Shown here piece by piece: positions 18,734 to 28,477 of a stretch of 47,404 nucleotides of DNA. A program made the translations under genes and the position numbers. Location: IMG/VR virus record IMGVR_UViG_3300014208_000061, positions 1-47,404 of that record. One strand, 5' to 3'. The DNA is from a virus (lineage: Duplodnaviria > Caudoviricetes). The notes under the pieces are model-generated. The model saw nothing but the letters and a program-made list of their open reading frames with translations, was not told the DNA's origin and ran no database searches. The stretch's first letter is position 1, and each line of letters begins with the position of its first letter.

Positions 18734-18988
18734 TCAAATTACATACTTGTCAAGGATTGATTTGAACAAAGCAACGATCGAATTTATATCAGTTCCTTTG
18801 AATGAGATACGCAATCGTTGAATTCTTTCATCAGGAACGCCTACGGTTCTCATTAGTCCAAATAACGCATGTGAATTATTTCTATCCTTCAACGAAGACT
18901 TAAAAAGTTCAATCAACTTCTTGCGTTGAAGTTCTGCATTTGTAGCTTCAACGATTATTCTCTTAAGTTCACCGATAGAAATTTTCAT
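18734..18988 (-). CDS. small hypothetical protein
   Basis: 84 aa; N-terminal MKISIGELKRIIVEA motif. Confidence 0.65.
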   Translation of the reverse strand: MKISIGELKRIIVEATNAELQRKKLIELFKSSLKDRNNSHALFGLMRTVGVPDERIQRLRISFKGTDINSIVALFKSILDKYVI

Positions 18989-19008
18989 GATTTAATTATC
19001 CATGATTC

Positions 19009-19707
19009 TCAAACTGTTGGCGCTTCAGGATACTGCGTGACGGTACCGGCTTTTATTTTTTGATAATGCACATCAAAAAATAACACAGCCAAATTAGCAG
19101 CGGCTGTGCCATCTGGCTTTGATGTTTGATAGGTATCAGTCGCATCCGACGCGCCTAGTCGTTCAACCTTAAACACCAATATGGCACTTTCTCGCGCGGT
19201 CGCCGGTGGTGATATTAAACCAAATGAAATGATCCTTTGATTGTATTGATCAGCTGGCGTATAACTGCTAGAAACTGTTCCAGACACCCAACCTGCTGCG
19301 CCGGATAGAGCACCATTGACCATTGACCAGCTATATGCATAATTCATCTTCACGACACCGGAACCTGATGCCATTGGAACGCAATGCATATGGGGAGAAA
19401 CAGCCGTCGTTGGATCCCACTGATGTGACATTTGATATCGCATGAAGATTGCATCGTCCTGATTATGACGAAAAAACCTCATGTAAAAACCGGTGTCTCG
19501 ATAACCTTCGTAGGTTAACTGTGCTGGACCTGTTCCATTGTCGATCGCAGCGTAAAGATCATCCCATCGTTGATCGAACGGCGCTTCGTGATACTCACGA
19601 CCTTCAATTGATGTGGAATTTGATCCATCGTTGTAGGATACAAATCCTTTTTCGCTCGTTATCTCGTTACGCATTTTGGAACATAAGTGTATAAATTTAT
19701 TGATCAA
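19009..19707 (-). CDS. hypothetical virion protein
   Basis: 232 aa ORF (alternative start ATG 19674), beta-rich, within structural block. Confidence 0.65.
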   Translation of the reverse strand: MINKFIHLCSKMRNEITSEKGFVSYNDGSNSTSIEGREYHEAPFDQRWDDLYAAIDNGTGPAQLTYEGYRDTGFYMRFFRHNQDDAIFMRYQMSHQWDPTTAVSPHMHCVPMASGSGVVKMNYAYSWSMVNGALSGAAGWVSGTVSSSYTPADQYNQRIISFGLISPPATARESAILVFKVERLGASDATDTYQTSKPDGTAAANLAVLFFDVHYQKIKAGTVTQYPEAPTV

Positions 19708-20933
19708 TAATCCAAACGTAGCCTAAACGTCAAATCCTTCTCATTGTTCTTTTCAACGGGTCTGGATAGTTTAGCAACCGCCAAAAGATTATCTGCAGCA
19801 TCGTACAAACCTATCGTTGTTATCATCGTAAAGCTTGTTTGGACGTCTTCCTGCCCGGAGTCAATCACAACAATCCTGTCTTCACTATCGGTGTACGTAG
19901 GATTTGACGAATAGTTGAATTCATCTGATGCAGCTCTGCAGAAAATTAACGAACTGTTTATGTTCGTGACATTTTGGAACGTAAGAGCAGCTTGTGATCC
20001 TGATTGGAATCTAGTTGCACATATGTTATCAATGATGTTATCAATGCTGCTAGAAACTACAAAATCTGGTATGAATTTTGATTTTGCGTACGTCTCTGTA
20101 TTCACACCACCGAGAACTAATTGACCCGTTGCTGTCATTCCATCAATCGTTCCTGATACGAATTGGCTTCCACTTGTTATCTTCGCAAGATCAAACACCG
20201 CAATTCCACGATCGTAAAACATCAATCCAACCGATCGATTTGTGTCAGCGGCATCGTATATGTTTCCAACCTGTCCTCCGAATGTTACCAACTTGTTGGT
20301 TGCAGAACCAACATCGGTGTAAATTGTTGAACCTGACGTTGAAGTTATGCTCAAATTGGGAACATTTACATATGTTTCCGCGATCGTAGTACCATTAGCT
20401 GCGTAATTTATCGATGCAGTTTGATAAAACTTCATCGCAAATGTCTCTCTTTTAATCTGATCACGAGCGAAGAGTCGTTTGAAAGAAACGAATAATGCAA
20501 CGTCAATTTCATTCGATGCAGTTGTTGAATCAAATGGCGCAATAAACCCAGTCGTTGAATCACCTAATAACGATTGAGCGTACTGTCTGTAGATGTCCAT
20601 TTTTTCACGCATCATTAATGATGAACTTGAAAACAATTCTTTCCCAGCGGCATCAGTTCCGGTCGTTGAATTTGAAATTGTTGTTCCGTCAGGATTTAGT
20701 CCCATCGTTATATCGAAAATTGCATTCGATGCCTGATTTGTAAAATCCATGTCATAAACAGTTTGGAATAATGAACTCGTTACTCCAGGTCCAATTCCCC
20801 CTGTTACAAAGTGTTGGTAACGTCTCCTAGACGTTGAACCGCTTATGTCCTCCTGCAGAACATCGACTAATTGATTCAAAAAACTTCGAGCAGTTTTGAT
20901 ATCTGATGGAAGTACTTCTTTAAATGTTGACAT
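19704..20933 (-). CDS. virion structural (tail/baseplate-like) protein
   Basis: S/T/G-rich; C-terminal FNYSSNPTY...ITTIGLYDAADNLLAVAKLSRPVEK. Confidence 0.75.
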   Translation of the reverse strand: MSTFKEVLPSDIKTARSFLNQLVDVLQEDISGSTSRRRYQHFVTGGIGPGVTSSLFQTVYDMDFTNQASNAIFDITMGLNPDGTTISNSTTGTDAAGKELFSSSSLMMREKMDIYRQYAQSLLGDSTTGFIAPFDSTTASNEIDVALFVSFKRLFARDQIKRETFAMKFYQTASINYAANGTTIAETYVNVPNLSITSTSGSTIYTDVGSATNKLVTFGGQVGNIYDAADTNRSVGLMFYDRGIAVFDLAKITSGSQFVSGTIDGMTATGQLVLGGVNTETYAKSKFIPDFVVSSSIDNIIDNICATRFQSGSQAALTFQNVTNINSSLIFCRAASDEFNYSSNPTYTDSEDRIVVIDSGQEDVQTSFTMITTIGLYDAADNLLAVAKLSRPVEKNNEKDLTFRLRLDY

Positions 20934-21805
20934 TATATGTTCTCACTGGATTCCACAAATTTCCAACAAAATCCTCGGCCGGGACGTTGCGCGTATATTG
21001 AACGCTGAATCGTACAATATCCTATCTTAGTCATAATGGACGCCTTTCTAATCGAAGAAAACATCTCTATGAAATTTCCGTCCAAGGTCATCTGAAACAC
21101 AGCTTTAGATCTTGCCGTAGATATTCGTTTCTTTGCTTCAGAAGTATGTTTTTTGCCTGTTGATGACTTTCTCAATTTTTCTTTTGTTTCTTCCGAAGTT
21201 ATTCTATTTTTTGAAGCAATACTTATTTTTATTTTTGCTTGCAACGAGTGTTTGTAATTCGCTGCAATTTGTCCAGCTTTAATTCGCTCTATTTGTTCCT
21301 TTGAGCGTTTTTTACCTCTATTTACACTTGCTCTTAAAGCAATCGTTTCTGCTGAAACAGTTCTACTTTTTGCAGATATTCGCATTTTTAATTTAGTTTC
21401 TTCAGTGTGTTTTCTACCTATTGCTTTAATTCTAATCAGATTTTTTGATTCATCACTAAATTTGTATCCCGTCAACCCGCCATCACCACCATACGTTAAG
21501 TTGTACCCGCCTTCAGATACATGAGTTTTTAACAACTTGATCCAATATGTTTCTTTTTCACTGTAATTTTTTTCTGTACACTCTTCTAATATAGATCGTT
21601 CAAAATATTCTTCGCCATGTTGTCCAATTGATCTTGCGATCAACATGTTATTTTGTTGAAATTTTGCACATCTAACGTGGGCTCGCCAACGTGAATTAAG
21701 TGTTGTTAACGTTTTTCCAATATATGATTTACCTGTTTTTACATTTGTAATCAAATAAATCAACGCCTTTCTATCACATGGAAGTACTTCTTTAAACGTT
21801 GACAC
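20907..21805 (-). repeat. 27-nt direct repeat pair (20907-20933 and 21779-21805) flanking the homing endonuclease
   Basis: ATGTCAACATTTAAAGAAGTACTTCCA vs GTGTCAACGTTTAAAGAAGTACTTCCA, 25/27 identical. Confidence 0.9.
20933..21805 (-). CDS. free-standing GIY-YIG homing endonuclease with NUMOD3 repeats and C-terminal NUMOD1-like domain
   Basis: LIY...YIG, RWRAH, catalytic E in EKETYWI, GYN; GRKHTEETKLKMR / GKKHTSEAKKRIS repeats; FSSIRKAS...GFCWKF. Confidence 0.9.
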   Translation of the reverse strand: MSTFKEVLPCDRKALIYLITNVKTGKSYIGKTLTTLNSRWRAHVRCAKFQQNNMLIARSIGQHGEEYFERSILEECTEKNYSEKETYWIKLLKTHVSEGGYNLTYGGDGGLTGYKFSDESKNLIRIKAIGRKHTEETKLKMRISAKSRTVSAETIALRASVNRGKKRSKEQIERIKAGQIAANYKHSLQAKIKISIASKNRITSEETKEKLRKSSTGKKHTSEAKKRISTARSKAVFQMTLDGNFIEMFSSIRKASIMTKIGYCTIQRSIYAQRPGRGFCWKFVESSENI

Positions 21806-21850
21806 TTTTTATCCTATTGATGAATTATACACAAGCCCACAGTAAACAAC

Positions 21851-22567
21851 TCAAATCGATTTATCGATTATCACGGTAATGTCTTTGACAGCACCGGATT
21901 GTACACCGGTAACTTTTACGTATGATTTTATTCGAGATTTATTTGCTGTCATTCCGTAAACTGTAAACAACGTATCAGTTAAACTTTTGACACCAAGCGT
22001 TAATTGTACGGTTGAACCACCGTACGAATTTTCTGCGGGTGATCGGGTGACAATGTAGGTAGCGCGTTGCTGATTGTCGATATTTTCAGGCGTTTGTCTT
22101 AACAATTGTGTAAATAGATGAGGAACCTCAACGATGAACGTTTGATCTCTTAATTCAACATCAATAGACGTTTCATTATTTATCGTTTGTTCAAGCGTGA
22201 ATGTTGATGTTTTTTGTGTAGTTCGTCCTAGAGTAATTGTCGAGGTGCTGCTAGCAACGGTTGAATCACCCGATAATGACAATGATGGTAATCTAAGCAA
22301 ATTTGGATTTGACACGCTTACCATTTTGTATTTTAACGCATGCGCTTGATTTGTGAGCGATTCTAGAACGGGAGTATTTTTTTCGATTTTTTCCTTGCCA
22401 ACGACCCTTCCGTACTTAGTGACGATTCCATAATTTACCTCGTCATCAGCCAGAGCAAACTTATGTATTTGAAATGAACCATCATTTCTTGCCAAAAACT
22501 GCCTGCCTGTGTCTGTTATAACACAGTCAAGAATGATGTTGTTTGTTGTAGAATCAAGAAATCCCAT
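21851..22567 (-). CDS. virion structural protein
   Basis: MGFLD...ITDTGRQFLAR...KFALADDEVNY; Thr-rich beta composition; GGAAGG RBS. Confidence 0.72.
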   Translation of the reverse strand: MGFLDSTTNNIILDCVITDTGRQFLARNDGSFQIHKFALADDEVNYGIVTKYGRVVGKEKIEKNTPVLESLTNQAHALKYKMVSVSNPNLLRLPSLSLSGDSTVASSTSTITLGRTTQKTSTFTLEQTINNETSIDVELRDQTFIVEVPHLFTQLLRQTPENIDNQQRATYIVTRSPAENSYGGSTVQLTLGVKSLTDTLFTVYGMTANKSRIKSYVKVTGVQSGAVKDITVIIDKSI

Positions 22568-22668
22568 ATTTTAACGCCTTCCAATATATCATATGCAATC
22601 GCATATTGTCACCACGGTTGTTGAATCAGTCGCTTTCTTACGTATTACATCGCTAACGTCAACGACCA

Positions 22669-24573
22669 TTAGAGATTCTTCTTCCTTTGAATTATATTCT
22701 CTTCAGAGTATCGTTGTGATCGTCTGACGTCATTCAATGTCAAATTAATGACGTCAGACTTCATGTTATCAACATTTATGAACTGAAATTTGTATGCTCC
22801 ACCATCTTGCTTCGTAGAAAGCATTTTTTGTTTTCTGTCCATTTCATCAATAATCTCATAGCATTCAGGATTAAAGTAAATCTTTAGCTTTTTGCTGAAC
22901 GCTCCGGATACCTTCATTGTGTCAACGAAAAGATCGGCGTCGAGGTACAAATTTGGATATGATTTTGGCGCGCCAAGATGTGATATCAACCTTCTACGTA
23001 ACTTATTTGCAAATCTGTCAAACCAAATTTCGTATTGTGCTGAATACGCGGATGAAATTCCATGAGCGTCGATGGCAACAATTGAATATATGAACCTTGA
23101 ATCTTTGCCAAATTCATCATCAAAATAAAATGTCAGTGGAGAATCGACGATCTCAACAAGATCTTTATCTGGTGTTTCTGCCCACCTTAACTTCACAACG
23201 CTATCATCAAATTGATACATTCTTATCAATTGAAATGGTTCATCAACCGTTGAACGTCTAAAAACCTGGAATGCTTTAATGTCTCGTTGCGAATTTGGTG
23301 GAAATGTCCAATGTACCAAAAGGGATCCTGGTTCAGTGACACTTTCATCAACTGCTGAATCTACATCGGAAAATCTTTTTCGCTCATAATCCCATGTAAA
23401 ACTAACGTCTGTTGGAGGCGGAGGAGACTTGGTTTCAATCGTTTTAACAGTCAGACGTTTTGACGGTTTGCTGCTCACAAGCATCTTAATTAACGCAACA
23501 GCGCCTGATTCATCCTCAACAGCAGGAACAGTAAATTGTGTTATCGTTCTAATAGAATAGACGTACGTCGTATTGTACTTGACTTTTGGGTCTATCGCGA
23601 TGCATGCCGTTGGACTGTTTATCACTATTGGTTGATGTTGTTTAGATGAACCGTTCGGTAATAATTCAATCTTATCAATTACGTATCCAACGATCACCGC
23701 ACGGCGTGAAGCGACGTCCATTAACGCTGATTTGATATTTGCGCTTATGAATGGAACATTTACCCTGTAATCAGAATCATCAATTGACGTTCGGCGCTTT
23801 ATTGATGTTGTTTTTAGATTTCTGGCAAGAACGTTGATGTCCCTTAATTCAGTTGTATACTGAGAATATGGATCCGAAATCGTTCTATCGAGAAGGTCGT
23901 TAAATACATTTTGATTTATTTGGACATTCACTGAAACCATTCTAAGACGATTAAAAAAAGCGTTCGTAATCCGTGTACCAACGGCAGTGAAATGTCTTGC
24001 GCCGCTTTTTCGAGCGGGTGATGTCATCGATTTCAACAAGAATTTCTGATCAACCAAATCTGACAATCTTTCGGCCAATTTTCTTGTAGATTCTAAGGGC
24101 GTCAACTCAATGTCGTCGGAATTTTCATACGACATATGTTGTTGTATTGAACCCGATGTTAGGTAATAGACCTTATCGTCAACTTCGTGATCGTTAAAAG
24201 TAACTGCTATGAAATTTTGTGACGCAAAATGATCTTCAGTTACAATTTTATCAAGATTGTCACTAACAATCGTTGAGTGCGTTTGTGAATTATTCTGTCT
24301 AACATCAACGTCATTTGTAACACCGTCTGGTGATGCTGCCGTCGGTCGTGTAAAAGAAAATACGACAAGTCTCGGTGATTTTATTGTTGCATAGTGAATG
24401 TATTCAGAATCAAAAACTTCACTATTTTTGGTCAATAATTTCTTAGGAATTCCACCGGTTTCTGATACTGACTCATCTTTAACAAAATAATTGTAGATGA
24501 AATTTGCATCAAATTCCTTAATCTCCGGTACGTCTATCGAATAGACTTCATGTGAAGGAAGTGTAATTTGCAT
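22669..24573 (-). CDS. putative virion protein with FN3-like domains
   Basis: PPPPTDVSF...LVHWTFP...FQVFRR...FIYSIVAIDAHG pattern; start uncertain (24573-24606). Confidence 0.65.
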   Translation of the reverse strand: MQITLPSHEVYSIDVPEIKEFDANFIYNYFVKDESVSETGGIPKKLLTKNSEVFDSEYIHYATIKSPRLVVFSFTRPTAASPDGVTNDVDVRQNNSQTHSTIVSDNLDKIVTEDHFASQNFIAVTFNDHEVDDKVYYLTSGSIQQHMSYENSDDIELTPLESTRKLAERLSDLVDQKFLLKSMTSPARKSGARHFTAVGTRITNAFFNRLRMVSVNVQINQNVFNDLLDRTISDPYSQYTTELRDINVLARNLKTTSIKRRTSIDDSDYRVNVPFISANIKSALMDVASRRAVIVGYVIDKIELLPNGSSKQHQPIVINSPTACIAIDPKVKYNTTYVYSIRTITQFTVPAVEDESGAVALIKMLVSSKPSKRLTVKTIETKSPPPPTDVSFTWDYERKRFSDVDSAVDESVTEPGSLLVHWTFPPNSQRDIKAFQVFRRSTVDEPFQLIRMYQFDDSVVKLRWAETPDKDLVEIVDSPLTFYFDDEFGKDSRFIYSIVAIDAHGISSAYSAQYEIWFDRFANKLRRRLISHLGAPKSYPNLYLDADLFVDTMKVSGAFSKKLKIYFNPECYEIIDEMDRKQKMLSTKQDGGAYKFQFINVDNMKSDVINLTLNDVRRSQRYSEENIIQRKKNL

Positions 24574-27500
24574 TTGTTGTTCCTTGAACGATTCCACTAA
24601 GTTCAATGTGTGACTTTATATCGTCGAATGTTTCAATTGTAATGATGTACTTATCAAACGTCAAATTACCCTGTTGACTATTTTTCTCTCGAAACTTATA
24701 TTGATTCACATTGGATGAAAATCTTGATTGAACTATGTTCCTACTCATTGAAGGATTTCTTGGTAATGAAAATCTTGATTTTGATGTTCCATCATCAATC
24801 GAGATTATTTCTCCAGTTGAAATCAGTTGTTCTAGAGCATATTTCCCTTGTGATGTATTCGTTGTTTCATCGTAATCTATTTCAAAATCATCAGGATCTA
24901 TTATTAGATTGAAAACACGATCAAATTTCTTTGGTGAAAGCATTCGTTTTGATAATTTTGTTGAATCGCTGATCGAAGAAAATACGTTTGATAGACCATT
25001 TATCGTTGTAAATGAATGAACTGCGGCGGGCATCGACTTTGATGATAACTGATTTAGTTGTGAGTTTGTTTTTGCCGTAACCTTACCGGTCGCTACGTTT
25101 GTTGTGGGTGTATTTACTGTTGAATTTCTACCCTTGCTGATGCTTCCAAATAACGTTTTTGTGCTCGTGGGTTGTGTTTTGATCAACTGATCATTGTTTA
25201 AAAGATCGCTTATGCTCTGATCGACAATTTCCTTCATAACTTCTTTGTCGATCGTTTTCTCAGTTGTATCAAAATCAAATGCATAATCACCAACATTCAT
25301 CCCAGCTATCAATTTCATATAAATTTCAAGTAGATAGCTTAACACATGATTTGTAACAATTTCTTCCTTTTGATATTCAGTTAAAAATGAATACGATTTA
25401 TCCGAAAATGTTGAATTATTGTCGGATGAATTTGCGTTGAAATACGTTTCCGCTGCTGATAATTCTGATGATGCTAAATCCCTTGTTGGAAATGCTGTTA
25501 TGACATTTCTTAATGATGCGCCTTCATTTATGTTGCCAATTTTATTTGAATTTCTTACCGGAAATCTTGAAAGTTCGAACATAAATTTCTGAGGTTTGAA
25601 CACTATATCGCTGTTCTGAACGTCGACACGATGAACGGCAACTTTTACGATGTCTAGTTGTTTATTCCCAGAGTTATTTTTTAAGTCGCGAATCTTAACC
25701 ACGCTTTTTAAACGTTGCGCTAATCCTAATGGAACACCAACAGAAATTATCTTTTTGTTGAAACCTTTCGACGTGGTAAATGCATCAGTTGAAAATGCTG
25801 AATATAACGCATTCTTCAATTTTGGCGTTACGATATGATCGTTCAAAAACTCAATTTCATCATCTTGATCATTTGTCTTAACAGTTGCCTTTGAATTTTT
25901 CAAAACGTCCCTAAGATCGTAAATGGCAGATGCCAACAACATCGATTGTTGCTGTGTAAATGCAATTTTTAGCATTGATTCATCATTTAAGATGTTTGAA
26001 ATTTCTGATATTTTCTTCTTTGATGATGGGTTATTCAAGTATTGAGAATATGATCTTAGATTTGATGACTGTCTTTTAAGAACATTCGAAACAGTCATAA
26101 ACAGCTTTGTTGTATATGCTCTTTCACCCTCAAGCCTCGTCAGTAAATCATTAAATTGTGTTTGATTTGATTCATATGTTTTTGAAATTACAAATGTAGG
26201 AGGCCCTTGAACATTTAGTGATGAACCAACGATGATTGATGAAAATGATTGTCCGCCATATTTTGCAATCATTGTTATCAAGGCATCAAATAATGCCAAC
26301 ATGACAGTCGAATCTAAAATTCCATTGAAACGAGTTTTATCAGAAACGAATGCATTATTCTGAATGAATGCAAAATAAATGTCCTTGATGAATTGTTCTA
26401 TCATCCTAGACAATAACGATCCTGTCTTTAACGTTGTTTTGATCGAATTGCTTGTCAACGAAGTTGTGTTTTTTAACAAAACAGCATTTCCTATCGATGA
26501 ATTTGGCACAATTGATTCTAGTTGCTCGACTATCAAATCCGCAAGCTTTTCAAGCAACGCCGTGTTATCATTTACGTTATTCTGAATTATCGACTGGATC
26601 CCTGATCCTTCGTAGTATGCTCTGAGAACATTTGCCATGGTATACATGAACAAAATTGACTTCAATTTATTGTTCGATGCAGCCAAGGCATAAACAGAAC
26701 CTAAATTATCATTACGAACTTGAGTTCTGGTTTGTTTGTTACCGGCCTCAAGAAACGATATGCCAAATATCTTTGCTAACATCGTAGGATTTGAAACAAC
26801 GTCAGCAACGGCATTGTTATCATCGTTAACAGATGATAAATTTACGCCGAAAAAATTCATTCCAGCGGAAATATTTGTCAAATTCTTATCAATGCGTTCG
26901 ATTGAGTTCACGTATGAATCAATTTTTTCTGTGTTGAACGATCCGTTGTTCAGTGAAAAAACATCATCAACATAATAAGCAGTTCCTGGCGTTACTGTTC
27001 CAAAATCGCCTTCAAGATACGATGTTTCAAACGGAAGAACAACTAAGTTCGTTGATGGTTGTTGTTGTGATAATCCTACAAGCGTTTGTTCCTGTGCAGA
27101 TCGAACATCGATTATATTTTTTCCAACTGATCCAATGATAGCATCAAAAATGTCTTCGTTCGTTTGTTGTACATTATACGAAAATCCATTAGATAACGAT
27201 TTTTGAACGATGGGAAGTGAAAGACCGATTGAATATCGGTACTCTTTTGAAAGAAAGTTTAACATTGAGGATATTTTTGCTTCCGCATTTTTAAACGTCG
27301 ATTGGTTCGAATACAATGACGAAATTATCTTGCTAATTTTTGAAATATTGTCATTAACATTCAAAACAGTTGTGTTCACTAAGTCATTAACAGTTGGAGA
27401 ACCAACAGGTTCACGTGATGGTGAAAATCTAACGTGTTTATCAACAACTATGTTAGATGGGTCAACATCAGAACTTAAATCACTTATGAATGTATCGTTG

Positions 27501-28477
27501 AATTTTAATGAATGTTTCTCCAATACAATTTTTAACTCATTGATGAGTTGCAACCAAACCTTTGTTGACGTAAAATGATCAATATTTTTCTTTGAAAATC
27601 CAGCATCAACAAGCGTTTCAACGACAGAGAATGTTGGTGTTATGTAATTTTTCAATTGATCAAATGAATTGCCTAAACCTGTGATTGATTGTAGGCTTGA
27701 ATTTAGATGTGCTGCTGAATCGGTTGTATTAACAACGTGCATCGGTGCACGAGGATCAAGATTTAACTTGACTGAATCAGTTCGTTTTACAACGTCAGTC
27801 AAAAAATCAGCAGTTTCAACAAGATTCTCGATCGTTGAATTTATCTGCTCCTTTTTTTCAGAGAGCAAAATTTTCATTCGAGCATTTTTGTTCTGTGATT
27901 TAGATACTAATTTTTTTTGATTTTGGCCGACGAGCGAACGAACATTCAATTGAACATCAACGTATTGTCCGGCATCTGTCATATCATTCAACGAAGTCGT
28001 AGGTTGAACAGCGTTATCGTTGTTAGAAACGAATAAAGGCAAAAATGCTGATAACAATACAATTTCAGGTCTATCATTCGTGAAACCTGTCAATGATTCA
28101 TATGATTCGTATTTTTTTGCAGGATTCAATATGCTGACGATTGTCGTAGTAGTTGCGACGGCTGACGGCACGATAGAATTTAATGAAAGCGAAGCATATG
28201 ATGGAAATATCATTGCTTGACTGTTTCCATTTTTCTGCGTTTGTGGCAAAATGAATGATTTGTCATTAACGACAGATGATGCCAGTGATTGAATGGTTGT
28301 TGACGTTTGTAAATCACCTGTTTTTGAAAGAGATGAAACGTTTAACTGAACATCTTTTGTGGAAACATTTGATTCAAGTTGTTCTTTTGCAACGACTGAT
28401 AAATCATCATCCAAAGGTTGTATTTGAATGTTTCCCAAATTGATGATTGACGTTTTTTTCTTTAGCGTTTTTATCAT
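24548..28477 (-). CDS. large hypothetical virion protein (1309 aa)
   Basis: Long S/N/T-rich ORF in structural operon; ATGA overlap with upstream gene. Confidence 0.7.
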   Translation of the reverse strand: MIKTLKKKTSIINLGNIQIQPLDDDLSVVAKEQLESNVSTKDVQLNVSSLSKTGDLQTSTTIQSLASSVVNDKSFILPQTQKNGNSQAMIFPSYASLSLNSIVPSAVATTTTIVSILNPAKKYESYESLTGFTNDRPEIVLLSAFLPLFVSNNDNAVQPTTSLNDMTDAGQYVDVQLNVRSLVGQNQKKLVSKSQNKNARMKILLSEKKEQINSTIENLVETADFLTDVVKRTDSVKLNLDPRAPMHVVNTTDSAAHLNSSLQSITGLGNSFDQLKNYITPTFSVVETLVDAGFSKKNIDHFTSTKVWLQLINELKIVLEKHSLKFNDTFISDLSSDVDPSNIVVDKHVRFSPSREPVGSPTVNDLVNTTVLNVNDNISKISKIISSLYSNQSTFKNAEAKISSMLNFLSKEYRYSIGLSLPIVQKSLSNGFSYNVQQTNEDIFDAIIGSVGKNIIDVRSAQEQTLVGLSQQQPSTNLVVLPFETSYLEGDFGTVTPGTAYYVDDVFSLNNGSFNTEKIDSYVNSIERIDKNLTNISAGMNFFGVNLSSVNDDNNAVADVVSNPTMLAKIFGISFLEAGNKQTRTQVRNDNLGSVYALAASNNKLKSILFMYTMANVLRAYYEGSGIQSIIQNNVNDNTALLEKLADLIVEQLESIVPNSSIGNAVLLKNTTSLTSNSIKTTLKTGSLLSRMIEQFIKDIYFAFIQNNAFVSDKTRFNGILDSTVMLALFDALITMIAKYGGQSFSSIIVGSSLNVQGPPTFVISKTYESNQTQFNDLLTRLEGERAYTTKLFMTVSNVLKRQSSNLRSYSQYLNNPSSKKKISEISNILNDESMLKIAFTQQQSMLLASAIYDLRDVLKNSKATVKTNDQDDEIEFLNDHIVTPKLKNALYSAFSTDAFTTSKGFNKKIISVGVPLGLAQRLKSVVKIRDLKNNSGNKQLDIVKVAVHRVDVQNSDIVFKPQKFMFELSRFPVRNSNKIGNINEGASLRNVITAFPTRDLASSELSAAETYFNANSSDNNSTFSDKSYSFLTEYQKEEIVTNHVLSYLLEIYMKLIAGMNVGDYAFDFDTTEKTIDKEVMKEIVDQSISDLLNNDQLIKTQPTSTKTLFGSISKGRNSTVNTPTTNVATGKVTAKTNSQLNQLSSKSMPAAVHSFTTINGLSNVFSSISDSTKLSKRMLSPKKFDRVFNLIIDPDDFEIDYDETTNTSQGKYALEQLISTGEIISIDDGTSKSRFSLPRNPSMSRNIVQSRFSSNVNQYKFREKNSQQGNLTFDKYIITIETFDDIKSHIELSGIVQGTTNANYTSFT

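Noticed and set aside
20933-21805. Group I intron around the GIY-YIG gene
   Set aside because: The ORF fills the whole interval between the repeats, leaving no room for a ribozyme core, and the downstream gene has its own complete start.
22591-22606. Small hairpin ATATGC-AATC-GCATAT upstream of 22567
   Set aside because: Short AT-rich stem that does not cover the RBS and has no U-tract; could be chance.
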